DNA of 26,918 nt, taken from the IMG/VR virus record IMGVR_UViG_3300032323_001205, positions 1 through 26,918 of that record. One strand, written 5' to 3'. Below are positions 1-6,249 of the stretch, one piece after another. This DNA comes from a virus. Taxonomy: Duplodnaviria; Heunggongvirae; Uroviricota; Caudoviricetes. The position numbers and the translations under genes are program-made. Position 1 is the first letter of the stretch, and every line of letters begins with the position of its first letter. The notes under the pieces were generated by a model, which saw only the letters and a list, made by a program, of their open reading frames with translations, ran no database searches and was not told the origin of the DNA.

Positions 1-127
1 AGTCTTTGAACCGAAAGGCCGCTAGCAATGCGAGAACGGTCCCTGTCGGGAAGCGGGTGGAAGGTACGTGTGATGACTCCAAAGGTCTGATGTACTATAA
101 TTACCGCCGAGGGATGCAGAGCAATAT
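1..127 (+). ncRNA. 3' part of a candidate structured non-coding RNA upstream of tRNA-Cys (5' end outside window)
   Basis: GNRA-capped hairpins cc-GAAA-gg (11-18) and cgc..GCAA..gcg (20-32); long irregular stem tccct 40-44/aggga 110-114, cgg/ccg, gtac 64-67/gtac 92-95; no credible ORF. Confidence 0.45.
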
Positions 128-203
128 GTAGGTGTGACCCGAATGGTGAGGGCCCGGATTGCAAATCCGTAATATGCAGGTTCGAGTCCTGTCACCTACT
201 CCA
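128..203 (+). tRNA. trnC: tRNA-Cys(GCA)
   Basis: Acceptor gtaggtg/cacctac, U73, encoded CCA; anticodon loop ttGCAaa; T-loop ttcgagt. Confidence 0.96.
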
Positions 204-211
204 GAATACAT

Positions 212-285
212 GCGGGGTTCGTATAGTGGTAATACCTCAGCCTTCCAAGCTGATGCGGAGAGTTCGATTCTCTTACCCCGCTCCA
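212..285 (+). tRNA. trnG: tRNA-Gly(TCC)
   Basis: Acceptor gcggggt/accccgc, U73, CCA; tcagc-ctTCCaa-gctga anticodon arm. Confidence 0.97.
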
Positions 286-293
286 AGTTATCC

Positions 294-337
294 AAAAGCA
301 GTAGACAGATAAATAGTTTTCTGTTATACTGTCTTTT
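294..337 (+). other. Intergenic hairpin with ATAAATA (late-promoter-like motif) in the loop
   Basis: aaaagcagtagacaga / tctgttatactgtctttt imperfect inverted repeat around taaatagttt. Confidence 0.5.
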
Positions 338-367
338 GTTCTTTAAAAATTTAAATGACAGTTTTTT

Positions 368-444
368 GCCCCGGTGACGGAATTGGTATACGTGTTGGTC
401 TTAGAAGCCAAATTTTAGGAGTTCGAGTCTCCTCTGGGGCACCA
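368..444 (+). tRNA. trnL: tRNA-Leu(TAG) with short (5-nt) variable loop
   Basis: Acceptor gccccgg/ctggggc, A73, CCA; ttggt-ctTAGaa-gccaa; T-stem aggag/ctcct; variable region only atttt (412-416). Confidence 0.92.
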
Positions 445-517
445 TATAAAAACATATTTGATTAAACTCGGGTTCATCCGTGATAGCATTGCTACTATAT
501 CAAGTGTGTTTTTATAT
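444..517 (+). other. Long spacer stem-loop between tRNA-Leu and tRNA-Ala
   Basis: atataaaaacatatttgat (444-462) pairs with atcaagtgtgtttttatat (499-517), the two deviations being G-U compatible; internal mini-hairpins cggg-ttca-tccg and tagc-att-gcta. Confidence 0.7.
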
Positions 518-593
518 GGGGGCGTAGCTCAGTTGGGAGAGCGGTTGCTTTGCAAGCAATAGGTCGCAGGTTCGATCCCTGTCTCCTCCACCA
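518..593 (+). tRNA. trnA: tRNA-Ala(TGC)
   Basis: G3-U70 identity pair, A73, CCA; gttgc-ttTGCaa-gcaat. Confidence 0.97.
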
Positions 594-598
594 ATAAA

Positions 599-800
599 CC
601 CGGCTTACACTTTCACGTTATGAAAGTGCGTCCCTGTAACGATAGACCAGGGGGTACACTAGGACCTGACCTTACAGTCCCTGTTGGGGGATACTGAAAA
701 CTCCTGGGGTGAGGAACGCTAACCTTTACCAGAAGAAGAAATACGTGGACAGTGTAACAACTCAGAGATTGGGCTTATGTGGTGTAAGTAGCAGTCTCAT
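599..800 (+). ncRNA. Candidate ~200-nt structured ncRNA of unknown family
   Basis: cactttca/tgaaagtg (608-628), ccctg/caggg (632-652), cagt..actg (675-696), cttacac 604-610/gtgtaag 782-788, gagatt 765-770/agtctc 793-798; GC-richer than flanking spacers, no ORF. Confidence 0.55.
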
Positions 801-869
801 TTTATAAGTGTGTTTCGCACCCAGCTGATAAGACTGGCTCTGTAAGTGAAAAAGAAATACATTTATAAA
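801..869 (+). other. Long spacer stem-loop upstream of tRNA-Met
   Basis: tttataagtgtgtttc (801-816) pairs with gaaatacatttataaa (854-869), 16 bp with two G-U; inner hairpin ccag-ctgataaga-ctgg. Confidence 0.7.
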
Positions 870-872
870 TTA

Positions 873-947
873 CGCGGGTAGGGTTGGTCACCACTCCAGT
901 CTCATAAGCTCGGAGCATCGGCAGTTCGAATCTGTCACCCGCATCCA
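873..947 (+). tRNA. Atypical tRNA-Met(CAT), initiator-like acceptor (C1:A72 mismatch)
   Basis: cgcgggt/acccgca + t + CCA; loop ctCATaa; T-arm ggcag-ttcgaat-ctgtc; D-arm shortened and anticodon stem bulged. Confidence 0.75.
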
Positions 948-961
948 ATTAGGAGAATTAT

Positions 962-1111
962 ATGCCAATGTATGAAACAACAGTTCGCACACCAGAAGGC
1001 GACAAGAAAGATAAAGTCTATGCTCCCAATGTACAAGAAGCCAAAAAGCTTTTTGAACAAAGACATGGTCCACGAAATGTTCCATACATACCACATATGA
1101 TACCAAGTTAA
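962..1111 (+). CDS. Small hypothetical protein, 49 aa (MPMYETTVRTPEGDKK...)
   Basis: Not in supplied track; strong SD aggagaatt before ATG 962, TAA 1109-1111, fills gap between tRNAs. Confidence 0.8.
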   Translation: MPMYETTVRTPEGDKKDKVYAPNVQEAKKLFEQRHGPRNVPYIPHMIPS

Positions 1112-1113
1112 AT

Positions 1114-1149
1114 CCGAGTGTAGCGCAGCCTGGTTAGCGCATCTGCTTT
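1114..1149 (+). pseudogene. 5' half remnant of a tRNA-Pro gene (acceptor 5' strand, D-arm, 5' anticodon stem)
   Basis: ccgagtg-tagcgcagcctggttagcgca-tctgc-ttt is a typical tRNA-Pro 5' half; the sequence stops being tRNA-like inside the anticodon loop. Confidence 0.8.
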
Positions 1150-1167
1150 ACAGGCATAAATACATAC

Positions 1168-1788
1168 ATGCTAATATGTAAACACTGCAATAAAGAATGC
1201 AAGAATCTTAATTCTCTACGCAACCACGAAAGGTTGTGCAAATCTAACCCCTATCGACAAACTACATTCATTGAGGCTTATAATGAAAATCGTGTAGGGT
1301 CTTGGAATTCAGGCCTTACTAAGGAAAACAATTCTTCATTGAAGTCTGCCGCCGACAAGTTAAAAAAGAAATATGATTCGGGTGAACTTACTGCGCAGTC
1401 ACCTGCTTGTACTAAAGAATACTGGACAGAAGAAAAAAGAAAAGAAAAATCAGAGTGGCGCAAGCAATTGCACCGAGACTTCCCAGAAATGCATCCAAAT
1501 CGCAAATTGGCAGGGAATAGAAAGAAAATGTCTTACCCTGAACAAGTTGCATTTGACTTCTTAACAAGACATAATATAGTCTTTGAACACAATAAAAGGA
1601 TTGACAAGTATTACCCAGATTTTGTAATAGGAAATACTGTCATAGAAATTGACGGTGTTCAATGGCACGACAAAGAAAAAGATAGGATCCGTGATGAAGT
1701 AATAAGTAGTTATGGATATCAAGTTGTTCGTATTCTCTCAACTGAGAACATAGAAGAACGATTAACAATTTTACTCGGATTCGCCTAG
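1168..1788 (+). CDS. Putative free-standing homing endonuclease: N-terminal zinc finger + C-terminal DUF559/Vsr-like (EDxHD-type) nuclease domain
   Basis: CKHC..HERLC zinc-finger motif; C-terminal SYPEQ..YPDF..IEIDGVQWHD..RD..GYQVVRI pattern of Vsr-like nucleases; ATAAATA 5 nt before ATG. Confidence 0.85.
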   Translation: MLICKHCNKECKNLNSLRNHERLCKSNPYRQTTFIEAYNENRVGSWNSGLTKENNSSLKSAADKLKKKYDSGELTAQSPACTKEYWTEEKRKEKSEWRKQLHRDFPEMHPNRKLAGNRKKMSYPEQVAFDFLTRHNIVFEHNKRIDKYYPDFVIGNTVIEIDGVQWHDKEKDRIRDEVISSYGYQVVRILSTENIEERLTILLGFA

Positions 1789-1853
1789 TCTGGTCGATGG
1801 CACCTGCTTTGGGAGCAGGAATAACGTGAGTTCAAATCCCACATCCGAGACCA
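1774..1853 (+). tRNA. trnP: tRNA-Pro(TGG), first 15 nt overlap the endonuclease ORF
   Basis: Acceptor ctcggat/atccgag, A73, CCA; cctgc-ttTGGga-gcagg. Confidence 0.93.
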
Positions 1854-1877
1854 ATTTAAATTTTAAAAGGAGTTAGT

Positions 1878-2039
1878 ATGACATGTAGAGGTTATGATCC
1901 TAAAGCGGTCAAAGTTGATAAAACAGTAAAACGCATGGCGTCAACGATTTGTGATAATCACGTTCGTGGTGCATACATTCGTAGCTTTGTCGAGATTGCA
2001 AAATCACAATCACGAGGTGCTCGAAAGGACTCAAAGTGA
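1878..2039 (+). CDS. Small basic hypothetical protein, 53 aa (MTCRGYDPKAVKVDK...)
   Basis: Not in track; SD aaggag, ATG 1878, TGA 2037-2039 overlapping next GTG start. Confidence 0.75.
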   Translation: MTCRGYDPKAVKVDKTVKRMASTICDNHVRGAYIRSFVEIAKSQSRGARKDSK

Positions 2040-2221
2040 GTAAAGGTAGTAGACCACGTCCCTACAGTGTTGATTTAAACACTTTTAATAATAATTGGGA
2101 TAGCATCTTTAAAAAAAATCAAGTAGATGAAGACAAACAACCTTTATCGGGAACTAGTCGTATTGAATCATCCACTATTGATATTGATACAGAAGTTAAA
2201 GATAGTAACCATGGTGGATAA
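2036..2221 (+). CDS. Small phage hypothetical protein (SKGSRPRP..NWDSIF)
   Basis: GTGA start/stop coupling with upstream ORF. Confidence 0.75.
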   Translation: MSKGSRPRPYSVDLNTFNNNWDSIFKKNQVDEDKQPLSGTSRIESSTIDIDTEVKDSNHGG

Positions 2222-2573
2222 TACATATTGGGGATATCATTTGATGTTAGATTGTAGTGGATGTAAAAACATTGACAATCGGCAAACTATTTATAACTTT
2301 GTAAAGGCTTTGGTAAAAGAAATCGATATGGTAGCGCATGGTGAACCTATTATTGAATATCTATTATCCGGAGATCCTAAACAAGGTTATAGTTTGATGC
2401 AGTTAATTACTACTAGCAATATATGTGGACATTTTATGGAATTAGATAGTACTGCATATTTTGATATCTTTAGTTGTAAAGAATTTGATATCAACAAAGC
2501 ACAGAATATTGTGAGAAAATATTTCAGTCCAAAAAAAGTTAGAGTTAATTTCTTAACAAGACATGCAGATTGA
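2211..2573 (+). CDS. speD: S-adenosylmethionine decarboxylase proenzyme family (pyruvoyl-dependent)
   Basis: WGYHLMLDCSGC N-terminus, GYSLMQLITTSNICGHF self-cleavage region, YFDIFSCKEFD; ATG 2211 chosen over the track's longer start. Confidence 0.85.
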   Translation: MVDNTYWGYHLMLDCSGCKNIDNRQTIYNFVKALVKEIDMVAHGEPIIEYLLSGDPKQGYSLMQLITTSNICGHFMELDSTAYFDIFSCKEFDINKAQNIVRKYFSPKKVRVNFLTRHAD

Positions 2574-2588
2574 ATTAAATAAAATTAC

Positions 2589-2663
2589 GCATCGTTAACT
2601 CAGCGGTAGAGTGTCTCCTTTACACGGAGAGGGTCGGCGGTTCGATCCCGTCACGATGTACCA
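2589..2663 (+). tRNA. trnV: tRNA-Val(TAC)
   Basis: Acceptor gcatcgt/acgatgt, A73, CCA; tctcc-ttTACac-ggaga. Confidence 0.97.
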
Positions 2664-2680
2664 AATACATAGGAGTAATT

Positions 2681-2814
2681 ATGAGCAAGAGTAAAGATGT
2701 TATTGATCGTGCTTATGGAAACATTTCCAAAGAAGTTACTCCTATTATAGAATTTAATTTATTTCCAACATGGCGTGGTATTAAATACTACTACATCATG
2801 TTGAAACGAAAAAT

Positions 2815-2824
<10 letters not shown>
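2681..2824 (+). CDS. Small hypothetical protein, 47 aa (MSKSKDVIDRAYGN...), stop lies inside tRNA-Gly
   Basis: Not in track; SD aggag, ATG 2681, TGA 2822-2824. Confidence 0.7.
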
Positions 2825-2889
<65 letters not shown>

Positions 2890-2911
2890 AGTTGATAAGG
2901 GTGAAGTACAA

Positions 2912-4063
2912 ATGTTTTTTTATATAGGCGAATCTAGTCCTATCAAAGCTTTAACTCATGTACACACTAGCCTATACATAGATGATGCATGGTTTCATTC
3001 AGAAGTGTTCGGAGTACCAGTTTGGTACAAAGGATATAGTACTGACTGCGTACTTGCTGATGCACTCCAAGATATATTAAATGGTTATCAGCCAGCCGGC
3101 AAGTGGTGTGTCATCTCATATGACAATACTTACAAGATACATCACTACATTATTCGTCCTTTTCCTATTTTTCAACGCGGGGAAGAGTATACAAATATTA
3201 ATTTAGATGGGTTTATTCGAACTCCTTATGAGTTACCGCAAGAACCTATATATACTTCTCCTATATCTATTGACGATGCGGCAGAAAGAATAGGCGATGT
3301 ATTGCATAAAAACACAATCAACTTTTACAAGTACAATCAGATTGGCAGAATGAATGTATTATTTTCTGGTGGACTAGATACATTAACTAGTTGGGCGATA
3401 TTAGACAGTATTAGACATGATTATGATCTTAATGTTTATTTGCCTAAATTGGGTGATACTGGTGTTAAGCATACTGGACGAATACGAGAAGTAGAATCTG
3501 ATTTGATCGACAACCTTACTAATAACTATTGGGGTTACACTATAACTAGTACGTACAAAAACCCATCCTGGTATATTACTGGTTTTTACGGTGAAAGATT
3601 TACTTTGCGAGAAGTAACGCAATCTTTATCCATAGCCAAGTATTTAAAAATATTGCAGGAAGATATGTTGAAAGAAACTGACTACATGTATTGGTTTATG
3701 AAAAGACCGTCTAATCATCCTAGTCAAGTAGGCGTCAGCGACTTTGATAACGAAGCCGAATTAAGAAAGTATTTTTTCAATACATGTTACCATGACCATC
3801 AGATGTGGCACCTAAATAACAATTTTCATTTTAGTCCTTTCTTTGATATAAGAATAGCCAAGATATCACACAACCTGTCATTACATGACATTATGAAAAA
3901 TAGTGCTAATGGTATAACTCAACGAAAAGTTATAGAACGATTTAGACCTGAGTTCATACAGTTACTTTCGGACTACAAGAATGCAAAAGACATATTCAAA
4001 AACTTTAAGAAAAATTTCTTAAGTATCAAACTGAATCCAGAAGTCAAAGTAAAGTTAAGATGA
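2912..4063 (+). CDS. Asparagine-synthase-like / PP-loop (adenine nucleotide alpha hydrolase) protein
   Basis: VLFSGGLDT PP-loop motif; C-terminal FSPFFDIRI resembles the asparagine synthase C-domain PFLD motif. Confidence 0.6.
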   Translation: MFFYIGESSPIKALTHVHTSLYIDDAWFHSEVFGVPVWYKGYSTDCVLADALQDILNGYQPAGKWCVISYDNTYKIHHYIIRPFPIFQRGEEYTNINLDGFIRTPYELPQEPIYTSPISIDDAAERIGDVLHKNTINFYKYNQIGRMNVLFSGGLDTLTSWAILDSIRHDYDLNVYLPKLGDTGVKHTGRIREVESDLIDNLTNNYWGYTITSTYKNPSWYITGFYGERFTLREVTQSLSIAKYLKILQEDMLKETDYMYWFMKRPSNHPSQVGVSDFDNEAELRKYFFNTCYHDHQMWHLNNNFHFSPFFDIRIAKISHNLSLHDIMKNSANGITQRKVIERFRPEFIQLLSDYKNAKDIFKNFKKNFLSIKLNPEVKVKLR

Positions 4064-4069
4064 GAGGGG

Positions 4070-4258
4070 ATGACAAGAAAAAATATTGATTTTGTTCCGT
4101 TGTATTATGAAACTATACTAGATTATGCTAGGGACAACTGGAACAATGTAAATCAATTTCGGTGGTCTGCTACTGAGTATAACTATCGTAAAATTTTTAC
4201 GAACTACGATCTAATATCATCTATAGTTCAAAATACCCAAAAACTGCTTACACTTTAA
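4070..4258 (+). CDS. Hypothetical protein
   Basis: ORF with purine-rich SD-like gagagggg; 3' end overlaps the predicted promoter of the next gene. Confidence 0.4.
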   Translation: MTRKNIDFVPLYYETILDYARDNWNNVNQFRWSATEYNYRKIFTNYDLISSIVQNTQKLLTL

Positions 4259-4298
4259 CAAAACTAAGCTATAATACAATTTTTAACTGAAAGAAAAT

Positions 4299-4520
4299 AT
4301 GACAGAAAGCCGTGCAAGATACACTAGTGAAGATGCAGTTAATATGGTGGGGAATCGTTTTGATTTAGTCCTCATTGCCTCACAACGAGTACGAGAACTG
4401 AAACGAGGGCATAGGTCTACACTTAATATTAAAGCAGGTCCTATTGTTACTGCACTACAAGAAGTTGAAGCAGGACTTGTAGGTCGTGAATATCTAAAAC
4501 GTATTAGAAAAAATCTATAA
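4299..4520 (+). CDS. rpoZ: RNA polymerase omega subunit homolog
   Basis: ARYTSEDAVNMVGNRFDLVLIASQRVREL..ALQEVEAG matches the proteobacterial omega signature AR.T.ED....GNRFDLVL.A..RARQL..AL.EI..G. Confidence 0.92.
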   Translation: MTESRARYTSEDAVNMVGNRFDLVLIASQRVRELKRGHRSTLNIKAGPIVTALQEVEAGLVGREYLKRIRKNL

Positions 4521-4524
4521 ATAT

Positions 4525-4598
4525 ATCTCTCTGATGTAATGGCAGCATGTCGGTCTCCAAAACCGTTCGTGGGGGTTCGAGTCCCTCGGGGGATGCCA
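4525..4598 (+). tRNA. trnW: tRNA-Trp(CCA)
   Basis: Acceptor atctctc/ggggga-t, G73, CCA; cggt-ctCCAaa-accg. Confidence 0.93.
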
Positions 4599-4603
4599 TA
4601 TAT

Positions 4604-4691
4604 GGAAACGTGGTCGAGTGGCCTATGGCGTCGGTCTTGAAAACCGAAGAACCGAAAGGTTCCGTGAGTTCGAATCTCACCGTTTCCGCCA
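4604..4691 (+). tRNA. trnS: tRNA-Ser(TGA)
   Basis: Acceptor ggaaacg/cgtttcc, G73, CCA; long variable arm gaacc-gaaa-ggttc. Confidence 0.97.
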
Positions 4692-4711
4692 AGAACATTG
4701 CTCAAAAGCAA

Positions 4712-4740
4712 TTGTCAATAAATCAATACAGTGATACAAT
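4712..4740 (+). promoter_or_regulatory. sigma70-type promoter driving ncRNA unit A
   Basis: TTGTCA-N17-TACAAT with the phage-typical ataaatc spacer start. Confidence 0.7.
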
Positions 4741-4760
4741 ACGTGTATTGAAAGATTAAA

Positions 4761-4908
4761 AGGTTAGTCACATCAATACACCATTTATTTGAACTGATAG
4801 AATGTATGGTAGTTATTGGAGTCTACGGACGTTGAAGGTAACTATTGAAATGCACCTATCGCAATAGGAGTGATGGCCCTATTCAAAAAGCAGTCAACAA
4901 CTAACCTG
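4761..4908 (+). ncRNA. Array unit A (7-bp terminal stem + ACATCAA motif)
   Basis: aggttag-tc-acatcaa ... ctaacct-g; internal motifs shared with unit B. Confidence 0.75.
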
Positions 4909-5071
4909 TTTGTATTCTAGGATGATATATATTAAACCCTCTCTACAGCATTTTGATTAGTGTTCTTAGAAATTTTAGGTATATATCTCATTTCCTTATT
5001 CCATAATGACCAACATTGTTCCCAGTCGGATGATTTGATTATAGTCATAGGAGTAGAGATTATATTATTCA

Positions 5072-5698
5072 TTAATTATAAATTATATAGTTTTTATATT
5101 TTTCAAAACTTCTTTCTAGTAAGTCTTGATGTTTTTTTTCATCTAGCGGGCCTGCAAAAAACATTGTAATCTTTTTAAATTTTTTTGGAGCAAGAAAAGA
5201 TCCGTGAAAACCTTTGTGATTATTCAACGCAAACCAATTAGTATCTTCAGGTAATATAGGAAATACTGGATTAAATTCAAATCTAGATCGAGAATCGTAT
5301 TGAACCACATTTGGATTACTAGAATTTGGCAATACATAAAATGTTTCCAAAACATCTCTCATTACAAGATTTTTATATGATGTAGGTCCTATTATATTGC
5401 CCACTATATTTTTTGAAATAGGATCTTGATGAGGTTTATTGTATAAAATCTGTTCTCTAAAATCAATGTGTAATTTATTATCAAAATCCTCAAATGGCAG
5501 CATACGAACAATTTTTTCAAGATTGGGAAAAATTTCACGCAAATCAGAATCTATAGGTTGATTATATTTTTTAAATTCAACCCAGTCCCAATCCTGATGC
5601 CTAGTTTTTCGATCATTAAAATATTCGAGAACTTGATTTCTATCCAAATTGAGTCTAGGAATATCAATTGGTAAAAAGATGATGTTGTCCAGATTCAT
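5072..5698 (-). CDS. Hypothetical protein, possibly 2OG-Fe(II) oxygenase/cupin-like
   Basis: HQD (HxD) and a later NNHKGFHG histidine cluster; start set at ATG 5698 because TAAATA lies 5 nt upstream. Confidence 0.6.
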   Translation of the reverse strand: MNLDNIIFLPIDIPRLNLDRNQVLEYFNDRKTRHQDWDWVEFKKYNQPIDSDLREIFPNLEKIVRMLPFEDFDNKLHIDFREQILYNKPHQDPISKNIVGNIIGPTSYKNLVMRDVLETFYVLPNSSNPNVVQYDSRSRFEFNPVFPILPEDTNWFALNNHKGFHGSFLAPKKFKKITMFFAGPLDEKKHQDLLERSFEKYKNYIIYN

Positions 5699-5739
5699 AT
5701 ATTTATTTAATCTTTTGGAAAACAAACTTAAAAAAGTTG

Positions 5740-5768
5740 TTGACAAGTTGATTCAATTAGTATATAAT
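5740..5768 (+). promoter_or_regulatory. Perfect-consensus sigma70 promoter driving units B-D and the DUF2828 gene
   Basis: TTGACA (5740-5745)-N17-TATAAT (5763-5768). Confidence 0.9.
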
Positions 5769-5805
5769 TAACACATAGTAAGCAGAGATGCTTGTAGAGA
5801 GTTTT

Positions 5806-5972
5806 AGGATCGGTACAGCAACATTCATATTATTATGGATCGCTGGTCACCATGGTAGTTAACTGGAGCAGAGTGCGTAAAACCACCGAGTGTTGAAAGG
5901 TAACTATTGAAATGGCCCAGCAAACTCAGAGTGATGGCCTGAGTAAAATAAAAGCAGTCAACAACGATCCTG
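5806..5972 (+). ncRNA. Array unit B
   Basis: aggatcg-gt-ACAGCAA ... cgatcct-g. Confidence 0.8.
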
Positions 5973-5982
5973 TTTGTATTCT

Positions 5983-6239
5983 AGGATGATTACAGCAAAT
6001 TAAACATTAAATCTGAACTAACTGCTATAGAAGATGGTCGCAGGACACCGTAGAAATACTGTTCTAGGAAACTAGACATTGAAGGAATAGACGACACATT
6101 GGAAAGACTTTGTATGTTGCTAGTAGCAGACACAATTACTAGATAGTCAACATGAATTGTTGATAGGGTCAAGGTAACTGAACCGATATACAGGGGAAAG
6201 GCTGACCAGAAAATAAAAACACCAGTTACGCTCATCCTG
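5983..6239 (+). ncRNA. Array unit C
   Basis: aggatga-tt-ACAGCAA ... tcatcct-g; internal hairpins ctagta/tactag, tcaaca/tgttga, ggtca/tgacc. Confidence 0.8.
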
Positions 6240-6249
6240 CTAGAGACAT

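Noticed and set aside
801-869. Hammerhead ribozyme (CTGATAAG ... GAAA)
   Set aside because: Stem I cannot form between the putative cleavage site and CUGA, and the GAAA/stem III register does not fit; simple stem pairing explains the sequence.
101-1106. Track ORFs 101-295(-), 159-377(+), 888-1106(-)
   Set aside because: They run across tRNA genes and structured RNAs; these are shadow ORFs.
1114-1853. tRNA-Pro split by a self-splicing group I intron encoding the endonuclease
   Set aside because: The upstream 5' half (ccgagtg) cannot pair with the downstream acceptor strand (atccgag), the downstream tRNA is complete on its own, and there is almost no non-coding room for an intron core.
4283-4759. 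Track ORFs 4283-4711(-), 4504-4698(-), 4547-4759(+)
   Set aside because: They overlap rpoZ, tRNA-Trp and tRNA-Ser.
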